Positions 46,519 through 56,919 of a DNA stretch of 64,000 nucleotides are shown piece after piece. The stretch is taken from positions 1-64,000 of IMG/VR virus record IMGVR_UViG_3300017917_000784; one strand, 5' to 3'. Each line of letters starts with the position of its first letter. Position 1 is the stretch's first letter. A program made the translations under genes and the position numbers. Below the pieces are notes generated by a model that searched no databases, was not told where the DNA came from, and was given only the letters and a program-made list of their open reading frames with translations. This DNA is from a virus.

Positions 46519-46547
46519 TTGACAGAATCGCGCAGTGATAATATACT
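46519..46547 (+). promoter_or_regulatory. sigma70-like (early) promoter
   Basis: TTGACA-17 bp-TATACT. Confidence 0.8.
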
Positions 46548-46587
46548 ATTGATACTGCGAAACTGATTCAACTTTTAAGGAGCAATA

Positions 46588-47682
46588 ATGGCAGCAGAAA
46601 TTATCAATCGTCAAGTCAGTCCTAATGGTGCTAAAAACGCTATCCGTAAGGCATTTAAGAAACAGCGTCCAATTTTCCTTTGGGGTCCTCCAGGGATTGG
46701 CAAGTCCGATATTATTCACCAAATTGGTGCAGAAATGTTGGCTCATGTAATCGATATTCGTTTGAGTCTTTGGGAACCTACTGATATTAAAGGTATTCCG
46801 TATTTTGATAGTAATTCAGGTACTATGGTTTGGGGTGCTCCTTCCGAACTGCCTAATAAAGAATTTGCTAGCCAATTTCCAAACGTAATCTTGTTCCTAG
46901 ACGAAATGAACAGTGCGGCGCCTAGCGTACAGGCTGCGGCTTATCAACTTATTTTGAATCGCCGTGTTGGTCAATATCACCTTCCAGATAACGTGCTGAT
47001 TGTGGCCGCTGGTAACCGTGAAGCAGACAAAGGTGTTACTTATCGTATGCCTGCTCCGTTGGCTAATCGTTTCTTGCACTTGGAAATGCGTGTAGACTTC
47101 GATGATTGGGCACAATGGGCTACTGATAATCGTGTTCACAAAGATGTAGTTGGTTACTGTACTTTTGCCAAAAAAGACTTGTACGACTTTGATCCAAAAT
47201 CTGCAAGCCGTAGTTTTGCTACTCCTCGTAGTTGGAGTTTCGTATCTGAACTGCTCGAAGACGATGACACCGACGAAACTGTTCTTATGGATCTAGTGTC
47301 TGGTGCTGTAGGCGAAGGATTGGCTGTTAAGTTTATGGCTCATCGAAAGATTGCCAGCAAGATGCCAAAGCCTGAGGATATTCTTGCAGGCAAGGTTAAG
47401 AAAATGGACACTAAAGAGATTTCGGCCATGTACTCACTGACTGTGTCTCTATGCTATGAGCTCAAAGATTCATCTGATAAAAACGACAAGAAGTTTAACG
47501 AAAAAGTTAATTATTTCTTCCGTTTTATGATGGATAATTTTGAAACTGAATTGGTTGTTATGGGCACTAAACTTGCTCTTACCCAATATCAACTTCCGTT
47601 GGATCCGGACGAAATTGACTGCTTTGATGAGTTCCACGATAAGTTTGGTAAGTATATTGCGGCCGCTCAACATAAGAACTAA
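46588..47682 (+). CDS. MoxR-like AAA+ ATPase
   Basis: GPPGIGKS, LFLDEMN, AAGN, PLANRF, TPRSW. Confidence 0.88.
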   Translation: MAAEIINRQVSPNGAKNAIRKAFKKQRPIFLWGPPGIGKSDIIHQIGAEMLAHVIDIRLSLWEPTDIKGIPYFDSNSGTMVWGAPSELPNKEFASQFPNVILFLDEMNSAAPSVQAAAYQLILNRRVGQYHLPDNVLIVAAGNREADKGVTYRMPAPLANRFLHLEMRVDFDDWAQWATDNRVHKDVVGYCTFAKKDLYDFDPKSASRSFATPRSWSFVSELLEDDDTDETVLMDLVSGAVGEGLAVKFMAHRKIASKMPKPEDILAGKVKKMDTKEISAMYSLTVSLCYELKDSSDKNDKKFNEKVNYFFRFMMDNFETELVVMGTKLALTQYQLPLDPDEIDCFDEFHDKFGKYIAAAQHKN

Positions 47683-47688
47683 AACCCA

Positions 47689-47713
47689 AAAGGCGCAGAA
47701 ATGCGCCTTTCTC
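47689..47713 (+). terminator. Intrinsic terminator-like hairpin
   Basis: aaaggcgca-GAAA-tgcgccttt followed by a pyrimidine run. Confidence 0.7.
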
Positions 47714-47742
47714 TTGACAAAAACATCGAGAGAGCATATAAT
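47714..47742 (+). promoter_or_regulatory. Consensus sigma70 promoter
   Basis: TTGACA-17 bp-TATAAT. Confidence 0.85.
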
Positions 47743-47766
47743 ATATACATAAGTTAAGGAGCAGAT

Positions 47767-48939
47767 ATGTACCAAGATCCAATCGTTGATAAAATTGTTA
47801 TTGCTCGTGTAGGGCTGTTGCTACGTCATCCATTTTTTGGAAATATGGCTACCCGAATGAAATTGGTAGATGCCAGCGATTGGCTTCCCACTGCCGCAAC
47901 TGATTTTCGTAATTTTTATTACAATCGAGAGTTTTTTGAAAAACTTAATCCGCGACAAGTGGAGTTTGTTGTAGCACACGAAATTCTACACTGTGTTTAT
48001 GACCATATGAGTCGACGTGAAAGTCGCGATCCCCAAATTTTTAATATTGCCTGCGATTACTGTGTAAACGGACTTTTGAAACGTGAGCGTATCGGCGAAG
48101 ATCCTCCTGTAAAGTTTTTCCATGATTCTAAGTATTACGGTTGGAGTGCTGAACAAGTTTATGACGAAATTTATTCAAAGTACGACGAAGAGCAACTAAA
48201 ACAACTTGGCGAATTATTGGATGAGCATTTGGATGGCGAAGGCGATGGCAAAGATGGTCAACCAAAGTACAGTAAAGAAGAACTTAAAAAGATTCGCGAC
48301 GAAATCAAAGAAGCAATGATTCAGGCCGCACAAGCCGCAGGTGCAGGTAATGTTCCTGGCGAAATTGCTCGTATGATTAAAGAAATGACTGAGCCCAAGA
48401 TGAACTGGCGTGAACTGTTGCGTCAGCAAATCCAAAGCACAATTAAAAATGATTTTAGTTTTAGTCGTCCTAGCCGTAAAGGCCAAATGACTGGTGCTAT
48501 TCTTCCTGGCACTAACTTTGATACTACTATTGATATCTGCGTTAGTCTTGACATGAGCGGTTCTATTACAGACGCTATGGGTTCAGATTTTCTAGGTGAG
48601 ATTAAAGGCATTATGGACGAGTTTAAAGACTTTAATCTTAAAGTTTGGTGCTTTGATACTCGCGTGTATAACGAGCAAGACTTTGATGGCTATAACGGAG
48701 ATAGTATTAGTGAATATGAATTACACGGAGGCGGTGGTACTGACTTTATGTGTAATTGGGAATATATGAAAGAGCATGATATTGTTCCTAAAAAGTTTAT
48801 TATGTTTACTGATGGATATCCTTGGGATAGTTGGGGCGACGAAGATTATTGCGACACTATCTTTGTTATTCACGGAAATGAAAGTATTGTTCCTCCCTGG
48901 GGACAGTATGCTTATTACGAAGCACCTAAAAAATCGTGA
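47767..48939 (+). CDS. Metallopeptidase-like (HExxH) + VWA domain protein (DUF2201-like)
   Basis: AHEILHC; MIDAS DMSGS, GGGGTDF, FTDG. Confidence 0.85.
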   Translation: MYQDPIVDKIVIARVGLLLRHPFFGNMATRMKLVDASDWLPTAATDFRNFYYNREFFEKLNPRQVEFVVAHEILHCVYDHMSRRESRDPQIFNIACDYCVNGLLKRERIGEDPPVKFFHDSKYYGWSAEQVYDEIYSKYDEEQLKQLGELLDEHLDGEGDGKDGQPKYSKEELKKIRDEIKEAMIQAAQAAGAGNVPGEIARMIKEMTEPKMNWRELLRQQIQSTIKNDFSFSRPSRKGQMTGAILPGTNFDTTIDICVSLDMSGSITDAMGSDFLGEIKGIMDEFKDFNLKVWCFDTRVYNEQDFDGYNGDSISEYELHGGGGTDFMCNWEYMKEHDIVPKKFIMFTDGYPWDSWGDEDYCDTIFVIHGNESIVPPWGQYAYYEAPKKS

Positions 48940-49220
48940 GCCTAGTAGATAAAATAAATCCACTAAATGTTTTGGATTGTAGGGAGGTTGAAGATCCGCC
49001 TCCCCATTTCCATTATGTATATATCGACCTCAAATATAATTTGATAAAGTCTATTCACGACTGGGTTGTTACTAATCTACGACACAGATTCTATATAAGA
49101 GAAAGTCTTGTTTTGGACGACGGACAATACCAAATCAAACTTAAAATTGGTTTCGAAGAACCAAAAGAGGCTAGTTTCTTTTTAATCGCTTGTCCACATT
49201 TAAAGTACTCCGCAAATTAA
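48936..49220 (+). CDS. Hypothetical protein
   Basis: GTGA coupling; IGFEEPKEASFF. Confidence 0.65.
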   Translation: MSLVDKINPLNVLDCREVEDPPPHFHYVYIDLKYNLIKSIHDWVVTNLRHRFYIRESLVLDDGQYQIKLKIGFEEPKEASFFLIACPHLKYSAN

Positions 49221-49263
49221 ACTGATATATAATAGTGCCTTATTATATCAGAAGGAGTAAGAC

Positions 49264-49500
49264 ATGGCAGAAGAATTAAACCAACCAGTAGCAGAGCAAA
49301 CACAGGCTCCTGCACAAGAAACACCTAATTATGATCTCACAGTACAAGACCTTGGCGCACTAAAGGCAATTATCGATGTAGCCGCACAACGCGGTGCATT
49401 CAAGCCTGCTGAAATGCAAGCCATTGGAACTGTATACAATAAACTATCAGGTTTCTTAGACGCTGTGAGCAAACAGGGAGGTCAAAAAGAAAATGTCTGA
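49264..49500 (+). CDS. Hypothetical protein
   Basis: AAGGAG SD; IIDVAAQRGAFK. Confidence 0.7.
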   Translation: MAEELNQPVAEQTQAPAQETPNYDLTVQDLGALKAIIDVAAQRGAFKPAEMQAIGTVYNKLSGFLDAVSKQGGQKENV

Positions 49501-50113
49501 TAATTTAAAACACGTAGGTAGATTGTCTACTACAGGACGTAAAGTTCTAGTAGCATACCGAACATTACCCGGCGAAAGCGATTCTGCATTAGTAATACAA
49601 ACAGAATCATTAAGCGACGAGCAACACGACGCAATGATTCGTTTAGTAGAAAGCAACGCAGGTCAAAACAGTTATGAGTTTGCCGAAGCATTAGCACGTG
49701 AACGCTTTCCTAGTGGAGAAGTTATGTTAACGTATCTTCATCAACAAGGTAAACTAACAAAGGTAAAAACATCCGATGTTATTATGACACCAAGTTTGCA
49801 GGCTACAATTAAATTAGATCAGTTGAATCAGTTAATTGCAGAACAACAAGGCATCAGTGTTAATGATCTAGCATTAGGCAACAGCACAAAGATTCAAGAA
49901 GTGGGTCGTGTTAACGAAGTGGCTGCTCCTAAGAGTGAGCCGATTGAGCAACCTGCATTTGAAACCAAGTCTGACCAGCCGTTAAGCGACCAAGATATTG
50001 CTCGTCAATTACGTAGCCAAGCAGATGCATTATACAAAGAAGCCGCTAAACTTCGTGCTCAAGCAGAAGAATTAGCACCAAGTAAAAAGAAGACAACGGT
50101 TAAAGCAGAGTGA
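49493..50113 (+). CDS. Hypothetical protein
   Basis: GGAGG SD; C-terminal coiled coil. Confidence 0.75.
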   Translation: MSDNLKHVGRLSTTGRKVLVAYRTLPGESDSALVIQTESLSDEQHDAMIRLVESNAGQNSYEFAEALARERFPSGEVMLTYLHQQGKLTKVKTSDVIMTPSLQATIKLDQLNQLIAEQQGISVNDLALGNSTKIQEVGRVNEVAAPKSEPIEQPAFETKSDQPLSDQDIARQLRSQADALYKEAAKLRAQAEELAPSKKKTTVKAE

Positions 50114-50442
50114 CACCAAAAGGCAAAGGGCTACCGAAAGATGTGGTAGCACAATGGCCTGAAGTGTTTGGTGAAATTAATGTAAAGGCTGTACCATTAA
50201 CTTATCTTCATAGTATGAGGATAATTTTTAAAGGTGGTAAAGTTTGGGATATTAATATTGCCTCTCATGCTAGAGCCCATGGTGCCGATAATCTGGAAGA
50301 GCATTTACAAGAACTGCTGTCAAACTATGAGGAAGAAATTGAGCATATCGATTTCCGACTTGATGTTGACCGTGTTAAAAAAGACGTGATGAAGCAGACT
50401 GCTTCATTCCTAAAAAAGAAACGTAAAAAGAAAGAAGAATGA
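50110..50442 (+). CDS. Hypothetical protein
   Basis: GTGA coupling; basic tail. Confidence 0.7.
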   Translation: MTPKGKGLPKDVVAQWPEVFGEINVKAVPLTYLHSMRIIFKGGKVWDINIASHARAHGADNLEEHLQELLSNYEEEIEHIDFRLDVDRVKKDVMKQTASFLKKKRKKKEE

Positions 50443-50972
50443 TAGCGGCACTATTCGCAGTAGACGAAGTAGGGGGCATGGGCTTTAAAGGACAACTGTC
50501 GTGGCCTCATAACAAAGAAGATATGACATGGTTTAAAACTATGACTCAAGATCAAATTGTTGTTATGGGAAAGCGTACTTGGGAAAGTCCTGATATGCCA
50601 AAGCCCTTACCTGGAAGATTCAATGTAGTTTTTACTAATAATTTTTTCGACAGAGATGATGTAGAACAAGTGCGTGGAGATGTGGCAGAAGCATTAAAGG
50701 CACTTAAAAGTAACAACAGAAGAAAAAAGATATTTGTTATAGGAGGTCCGAATTTACTCCTTCAGAGTAGACCTGTTTTAGACAAAATTTATGTCACTAG
50801 AATTAAAGGTGAATTTCTTCATGACACATATATCAATGTTGAAGAATTTACACAAGGAATGAAATTAAGCAACACAGTAAATTTAGGTTCCTGCATAGTA
50901 GAAGAATATACAAATGAAACAATATCATCAAGCACTCGAACACATACTCCAAAACGGAAAACACAAGACTGA
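50439..50972 (+). CDS. folA: Dihydrofolate reductase
   Basis: G.LSW...DM.WFK, VMGKRTWES, PLPGR.N, IGG. Confidence 0.92.
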   Translation: MIAALFAVDEVGGMGFKGQLSWPHNKEDMTWFKTMTQDQIVVMGKRTWESPDMPKPLPGRFNVVFTNNFFDRDDVEQVRGDVAEALKALKSNNRRKKIFVIGGPNLLLQSRPVLDKIYVTRIKGEFLHDTYINVEEFTQGMKLSNTVNLGSCIVEEYTNETISSSTRTHTPKRKTQD

Positions 50973-51756
50973 TCGTACAGGCGTAGGTACAATATCTGTA
51001 TTTGGTTATCAAATGCGTTTTGATTTACGTCAGGGTTTTCCTGCCGTTACTACTAAAAAACTTGCCTGGCGGGCAGTAGTATCTGAACTACTTTGGTTTT
51101 TAGAAGGCAGTGGAGACGAACGCAGACTTGCAGAAATTCTACACGGTACTAGAGATCCAGAAAAGAAAACTATCTGGACCGCTAATGCAGAAGCAGAATA
51201 TTGGAAACCAAATGCCGCGTTTGAAGGTGACTTAGGTCGGGTATATGGAGTGCAATGGAGACAATGGGGCCCACGACTTGGTAACTATATTGATCAAATT
51301 GAAAGATTAATAGAAGGTATTAAGCGTGATCCTTCCGGACGCAGACACATCTTGACAGCATGGAATCCTGGCGAGTTGGATCAGATGGCGCTACCGCCAT
51401 GTCACGTATTAAGCCAATTTGATGTAACCGATGGATATCTAAGTTGTCAGATGTATCAGCGTAGTTGCGATATGTTTTTAGGAGTACCTTTTAACATAGC
51501 CAGTTACAGTTTACTTACTCATATTATTGCTCGCGAGTGCGGACTTAAAGTAGGTGAATTTATATGGACTGGCGGCGACTGTCACATATACAAAAATCAT
51601 GTAGACGCTGTAAAAGAACAATTAAGCAGAGAAGAAAGAACCTTACCTACACTGTTTGTTACTGTAGATAAAAAACTAGGTGAGTACACTGTAGAGGATT
51701 TTATTTTGGAAAACTACAATCCTCATCCAACAATTAAAGCGGAGATGGCAGTATGA
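50914..51756 (+). CDS. thyA: Thymidylate synthase
   Basis: DRTGVGT, ELLWFL, ALPPCH, YQRSCDMFLGVPFN, DCHIY. Confidence 0.96.
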   Translation: MKQYHQALEHILQNGKHKTDRTGVGTISVFGYQMRFDLRQGFPAVTTKKLAWRAVVSELLWFLEGSGDERRLAEILHGTRDPEKKTIWTANAEAEYWKPNAAFEGDLGRVYGVQWRQWGPRLGNYIDQIERLIEGIKRDPSGRRHILTAWNPGELDQMALPPCHVLSQFDVTDGYLSCQMYQRSCDMFLGVPFNIASYSLLTHIIARECGLKVGEFIWTGGDCHIYKNHVDAVKEQLSREERTLPTLFVTVDKKLGEYTVEDFILENYNPHPTIKAEMAV

Positions 51757-52676
51757 AAATATTTTTAACAGGTGCTAGTGGATTTATTGGTAGCCATTTA
51801 CAGCCATTGCTGGAAAAAAACGGACATCAAGTATATTGTTTAAAACACGATTTACTCGACTACGATGCTGTTACAGCAGAAGTAGTGCGCGAACAACCAG
51901 ATGTTATTGTACACTTAGGTGCTAGAACTGAAGTAGAAAAAAGTTTTTACGAACAGATTACATTCAGTCAAATTAATTATGTAGGCAGTGTTAACCTTAT
52001 AGAGGCTGCCAGCAAAGTTAAAAATCTTAAAAACTTTGTATTTGCCAGTACCATGGAAGTCTATGGTTGGCAACCTATCAGCGACGAAATTAAGTACAAT
52101 AGAGTTCCTAAAGAATTTATTGCTTTTGATGAAAACACAGAACCACATCCTAATGCGCCTTACGCTGTTGCCAAATATGGTGTAGAAAAATACTTAGAGT
52201 ATATGCATCGTAGTTGTGACTTTCCGTTTACTGCTATACGTCAAACAAATAGTTATGGTCGCAAAGACAACGATTTCTTTGTAACTGAGCAAATTATCAG
52301 TCAAATGATTAAGAATGATAAAGAAATAAATCTAGGGTATGCAGAACCTTATCGTAATTTTATCTATATAGACGACTTGCTAGGTGCATGGATGACTTGT
52401 ATTGAAAATCCTGAACTAGTTAACAGTGGTAAAATCTTTACTATTGGTCCCGATCGTCCAATTAAAATTTCAGACTATGCGGCTATGATTGGTAGCATGA
52501 TGGAATGGCGTGGAGAAATACACTGGAATAAAAAGCCTATACGCCAAGGAGAAATTTATTGGCTGTGTAGCAATCACAATCTCATTACTAAACTCACTGG
52601 ATGGGCTCCTAAAGTTAGTCTAGAAGAAGGTTTAGAAAAAACTATCCGTGTGTGGCGAGAAAAACTTAAAAAATGA
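51753..52676 (+). CDS. NAD-dependent NDP-sugar epimerase/dehydratase
   Basis: TGASGFIG, STMEVYG, YAVAK (YxxxK). Confidence 0.9.
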   Translation: MKIFLTGASGFIGSHLQPLLEKNGHQVYCLKHDLLDYDAVTAEVVREQPDVIVHLGARTEVEKSFYEQITFSQINYVGSVNLIEAASKVKNLKNFVFASTMEVYGWQPISDEIKYNRVPKEFIAFDENTEPHPNAPYAVAKYGVEKYLEYMHRSCDFPFTAIRQTNSYGRKDNDFFVTEQIISQMIKNDKEINLGYAEPYRNFIYIDDLLGAWMTCIENPELVNSGKIFTIGPDRPIKISDYAAMIGSMMEWRGEIHWNKKPIRQGEIYWLCSNHNLITKLTGWAPKVSLEEGLEKTIRVWREKLKK

Positions 52677-53185
52677 TTAGCGGTCGTATTACTCCTACAT
52701 GGACTTACGAAACTTTAGAATCACTTGATATAAATCCACATCACGAAATATATCGAGGATTTGATCTTATAGATGAACAGGATCGTAATCGATACCCATC
52801 GTCAGTTATGCACGATGTACATAGAGATTTACCTGCATTTCTCGACGAAGATATATTTGAAAAAGAGTTTGCTTGGCTAGCAGAAAAAAGTTATGCCCTA
52901 CATCGTATGCAACCAGGTATGTTGCTGCCGTTACACAAAGATCGATACAGGTACTACAGTCAAAGTCGAAATCTTAAAACAACAGAAAATGTTGTACGAG
53001 TTATAATGTTTCTTAGTGATTGGAAGAACGGACACTATTTAGAAATAAACTATAGTCCTATAACAAACTGGCGAGCTGGAGATTGGGTAGCATGGAGAAA
53101 CGATACTGCTCACCTTGCCGCTAACTTAGGGCATAAAAATCGATATACTTTACAAATTACAGGTATCGATATTTCTAAGAGTTGA
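52673..53185 (+). CDS. Fe(II)/2OG oxygenase-like protein, paralogue C
   Basis: PLHKD...HLAANLGHKNRYTLQITG; closely resembles 38391-38897. Confidence 0.7.
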   Translation: MISGRITPTWTYETLESLDINPHHEIYRGFDLIDEQDRNRYPSSVMHDVHRDLPAFLDEDIFEKEFAWLAEKSYALHRMQPGMLLPLHKDRYRYYSQSRNLKTTENVVRVIMFLSDWKNGHYLEINYSPITNWRAGDWVAWRNDTAHLAANLGHKNRYTLQITGIDISKS

Positions 53186-54490
53186 TAATATTAAAAGATT
53201 ATGTTCTAGGATATCTTTGACTTCCTCGTACATTAATTTTAATTGATCAACAGATTTAGAATCTATAAATTCAATAACATCAAAGATCTTTTTCAAACGT
53301 TGTTCATGGTTCGTTTCTTGATCATAACTTTCGTCCCACAGCCTATCAAATGTTTTAAACCCTAATTGTTTTAACCATTCTAAACTGCGAGGACTTGAAA
53401 CTAATACAAACGGTCTTCCGGCTTTAATAGCATTAATAACCTTTTCGCTTATGTTAGCACTAGGTCTACGAAATTCAGATTCCGTTACTACAGCACAAAA
53501 ACAACTTGTATAATCTTGAAAAGGTAACGGCTTAACTGTAGGACAGATGTACTCTTCGTCACCCACATCGGGAACTGCAAACAACTGTGTTTTATCTATG
53601 GTAGTTTTTTTAAAATTAATATCTAAAACATAAGGAACATTGGTTTGCAGAAAACTGGCTCCTTGTTTTAGTTTTAAAAATAATTGAGAGTCGGAGTCTT
53701 TCCATCTTTCTATCATAGTCCACAAATTTGTATCTTCTAGAGCAGTATCGTATGCCCAAGATATTTTAGAATCTAATCGTACTAAAAAGGCTGCTAGTAA
53801 AAATCTATGGTCAGCGTATCTCCAGTTTCCGCACCAAAATTTATTTTTAATAGATTTGGAATTTAGATTCAACATCATGTCTTGATCTAAGTCAAAACTA
53901 GATCTAATATTGCTGGTACCCGATAACGTAGATATGTAATTCTCTCTATAACTAATTTTAATATTAGGATATTTTTCTGACAAATAAGGTGCTATACCAT
54001 AATCGCGAACAACAAGTTCTACATTAGATATATTATTCTTATGCATGAATACACGAACACAGTCTACATCAAAACAAAAAAAATCTGTGTCATTATCGAA
54101 CTCAAAAGAAAAATCCTTAGCAGTATAATTTTGATTTTCTCTTACTATAAACTTTTTTGGTATTCCTGCATGATACCACATTATTTCATAGTAAAATATT
54201 TTTAGCCCTTTTTCTAAAATTAAACTGCGTTCTTCAGGTGTTAACATCATATCTTCTATCTGTACAATAGTGCCGGCACCTGTAGCAATCATATAGGGTG
54301 TGTCTAACTTATCAAAAAAACCACCTGCTATTTTATCATCATAATAATCAAAAAATGTATAAGAGTCTTTTACATCTTTACGAAATACTTCTGTTCCGTC
54401 TTCTAACACCAGATATGGTTCACCGCCAAAGTTCTTGTATAGAACATCTCGGTAAAATTTATCGCTAACGTCTTTAAATTCTTTAGGCAT
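53150..54490 (-). CDS. Glycosyltransferase-like protein, paralogue 1
   Basis: NWRY..HR, VVTES...SEK, RPF, GFKTF...WDESYD shared with two neighbours. Confidence 0.55.
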   Translation of the reverse strand: MPKEFKDVSDKFYRDVLYKNFGGEPYLVLEDGTEVFRKDVKDSYTFFDYYDDKIAGGFFDKLDTPYMIATGAGTIVQIEDMMLTPEERSLILEKGLKIFYYEIMWYHAGIPKKFIVRENQNYTAKDFSFEFDNDTDFFCFDVDCVRVFMHKNNISNVELVVRDYGIAPYLSEKYPNIKISYRENYISTLSGTSNIRSSFDLDQDMMLNLNSKSIKNKFWCGNWRYADHRFLLAAFLVRLDSKISWAYDTALEDTNLWTMIERWKDSDSQLFLKLKQGASFLQTNVPYVLDINFKKTTIDKTQLFAVPDVGDEEYICPTVKPLPFQDYTSCFCAVVTESEFRRPSANISEKVINAIKAGRPFVLVSSPRSLEWLKQLGFKTFDRLWDESYDQETNHEQRLKKIFDVIEFIDSKSVDQLKLMYEEVKDILEHNLLILSTLRNIDTCNL

Positions 54491-55751
54491 ACTGTAAAGT
54501 ATTTAATTTAGAAAAATTGTGATCAAGTATAGGTTTGATATCATCGTATAATCGTCTCAATTGATCTATGGTCATCGCATTTATTGAATCTAATGTTTTA
54601 AAAATCTTTTCTAAACGCAGTTGATGATCCGTTTCTTGATCATAACTTTCGTCCCAAAAATTACTGAACGTTTTAAATCCTAGACTTTTTAAATATTCAA
54701 GACTATATGGACTTGATAACAGTATAAAGGGACGCTTAGATTTAATAGCATTAAATGTTTTTTCAGTAATAGTACCTAACGGATGAGCAAATAATGATTC
54801 TGTAACTATGGCTAAAAAACTACATTGATACGATTCTAAAGGCAAAGGAACAGCATTAGGCGGTATGCCATCATAGTTGGGTGTAGTATAAAGTTGACCA
54901 TTATCTATACCTGTTATGTTAGGATTAATATCAATAGTCCATGGGGCTCCATTACATAGTATGCTGTCGTTTGATATAAAGTCAAATTTAGATAAGTCAA
55001 CCCATGTTTTTATATCTTGTATACTAGTATTATAGGACCAAGAAAACACAGAAGATTTATCAACAAGATATAATGCTGTTAAATGCCTATGTATATCGTA
55101 ACGCCAGTTACCTGACCAAAACTTACACTGTATTGTTTCGCTAGAGAAGTCAAGCAACGGATTATGTTGATGTGAATTTGGTATTCCTTCAGTATGGGCT
55201 AATAGACTTAAAAGAAAAATATCCTGTGTTTTTATTTGAAATTCAGGATAGTTGTTTTGCAATGAACTCGAATTGTACTCACAGGTGTAAACTGTTACAT
55301 TGATTAAATTATTTTGTTTAACAAATAATTTTATGCTTTCAAATTCATAAGAAAAATTACCCGCAGTAAAATCATAATCGCGTGGGCTGTATTCTTTATT
55401 TTCAGTAATATAAAATTTTTTTGTTGGTTCTTTTGTAAATGTTAGATTTTCAAATAGATATATGTCTAATCCTTTTTGATTTAACAGTACTCTATCGGCT
55501 GATTTTAAAATTAAATTTTCTAACTGTCGTATCGATCCTAGCCCTGTATAGATAAAGAAAGGGGTAGTTTGAGAATTTAAAATTGTGTTAGAATAATGTT
55601 CCTGAAAATAATCAAAAAATGTATAGTCAGCAAATCCTGGAAATAATGTATCTCCGCTGTCTGTGATTATTTTAGGTTCATTTATTTTCTGATATAGGAC
55701 TGCAAAGAAACCAGGTCCTTCTATACCGTTATAATTTGAGGATGAGGTCAT
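54483..55751 (-). CDS. Glycosyltransferase-like protein, paralogue 2
   Basis: Same C-terminal motif set (IVTES...TEK, GFKTF, WDESYD); start chosen to minimise overlap. Confidence 0.55.
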   Translation of the reverse strand: MTSSSNYNGIEGPGFFAVLYQKINEPKIITDSGDTLFPGFADYTFFDYFQEHYSNTILNSQTTPFFIYTGLGSIRQLENLILKSADRVLLNQKGLDIYLFENLTFTKEPTKKFYITENKEYSPRDYDFTAGNFSYEFESIKLFVKQNNLINVTVYTCEYNSSSLQNNYPEFQIKTQDIFLLSLLAHTEGIPNSHQHNPLLDFSSETIQCKFWSGNWRYDIHRHLTALYLVDKSSVFSWSYNTSIQDIKTWVDLSKFDFISNDSILCNGAPWTIDINPNITGIDNGQLYTTPNYDGIPPNAVPLPLESYQCSFLAIVTESLFAHPLGTITEKTFNAIKSKRPFILLSSPYSLEYLKSLGFKTFSNFWDESYDQETDHQLRLEKIFKTLDSINAMTIDQLRRLYDDIKPILDHNFSKLNTLQYA

Positions 55752-56919
55752 AATACTCTGCAAAAGTTTTAGGAAAACTTTCTCCTCTATATGGATCTCG
55801 AATTTCAATATCTTTTAAAAATCTCGACCATTGCTCTGGGTCGTCTTGAGATCCGTCTATGTAACTCCAAATCTTTTCAATTTCTTCCCAATACACTGTA
55901 CCTTGGTCCACTGTATTTTTAAAATGTTGATATATCTGATCTTTCAACTTTCTAGGTATGTGTTGCATGGCAAAATTGTTAGGATTGTATACTGTATTAA
56001 TAAAGAAAGGGAGATCATATTTTTTAGAAAAATCTATAACTTCATTTACATAATATACATTATAACTACTAGCAGTGTAATGAGTTAATAAAGTTCTACG
56101 TTCTCTATCTTCCTCTCTCCATGCTAACATTTTTTCAATATTAGAGTGTACTTGATCCCATTTAGCAGGATGACGCATATATTCAAATCTTTCGCCTATA
56201 CCATCAAGACTTAGACCTATTCCTACTAATCTAAAATGTTTAAAAAGTTCTACTCGAGAATCGTCCCAGAAAGTACAGTTAGTGTTAAAACTTAACTCGA
56301 TGTTTTTAGCATATCCTTTTTCTACTGCGTGTTCAAGAATATCCCATGTTGTTTTAATCATGAATGGTTCGCCACCAAAGAAATGTAATTCTTCTATATC
56401 GGCTAAACTTTGAGATTTTAAAGATTGATAAAAACTACTGTCCGGTTCAATTCTAAATATATTTTGTTTTTGGAAAGTTTGGTAATACTCTTTTTGGTCG
56501 CCTAAATCTAAATCATAAAACTCTTTAATCCAGTAAGAACTATCTATAGGATTGCAGGTACGACATTTAAGATTACACTGGTTACCTAAAGCAAGATCTA
56601 TTAGAGTAAGTTTATTATTCTTTTCATAAGTTTTACCAAACCACCGTATTTCACTCATACGAGGACTTTCGCCACCAATGTCTTCTACTTCCCAACACTT
56701 GGTGCAGTTTTTGTCTCGAATACCGTTGTCGAGATTTGTACGTATTTGCTGAAACTCTGGACTGTTAAACGCTTCCTCGAGAGTATGTGTTTGAGCCATA
56801 AACGGTTTTCCTGTTTTAGAATCAATAACAGGATCACCATTACAACAAGTTGTAATTAGGCCACTAGTTTTAATACTAACATTATGTGCGGCAAACGGAC
56901 ACCATAAGTCTTTATTCAT
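55729..56919 (-). CDS. Radical SAM protein with N-terminal Twitch/SPASM-like domain
   Basis: CNLKCRTC, GGEPF, FNTN, N-terminal C..CC..CxxC. Confidence 0.88.
   Translation of the reverse strand: MNKDLWCPFAAHNVSIKTSGLITTCCNGDPVIDSKTGKPFMAQTHTLEEAFNSPEFQQIRTNLDNGIRDKNCTKCWEVEDIGGESPRMSEIRWFGKTYEKNNKLTLIDLALGNQCNLKCRTCNPIDSSYWIKEFYDLDLGDQKEYYQTFQKQNIFRIEPDSSFYQSLKSQSLADIEELHFFGGEPFMIKTTWDILEHAVEKGYAKNIELSFNTNCTFWDDSRVELFKHFRLVGIGLSLDGIGERFEYMRHPAKWDQVHSNIEKMLAWREEDRERRTLLTHYTASSYNVYYVNEVIDFSKKYDLPFFINTVYNPNNFAMQHIPRKLKDQIYQHFKNTVDQGTVYWEEIEKIWSYIDGSQDDPEQWSRFLKDIEIRDPYRGESFPKTFAEYYDLILKL

Noticed and set aside
50914-51756. ThyA homologue as a dCMP/dUMP hydroxymethylase for modified pyrimidines
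   Set aside because: It keeps the canonical dUMP-specifying Asn (GVPFN) and is paired with DHFR, consistent with ordinary thymidylate synthase.
3145-52148. Numerous 60-120 aa alternative-frame and antisense ORFs in the track
   Set aside because: All lie within longer motif-bearing genes and lack SD or recognisable motifs.
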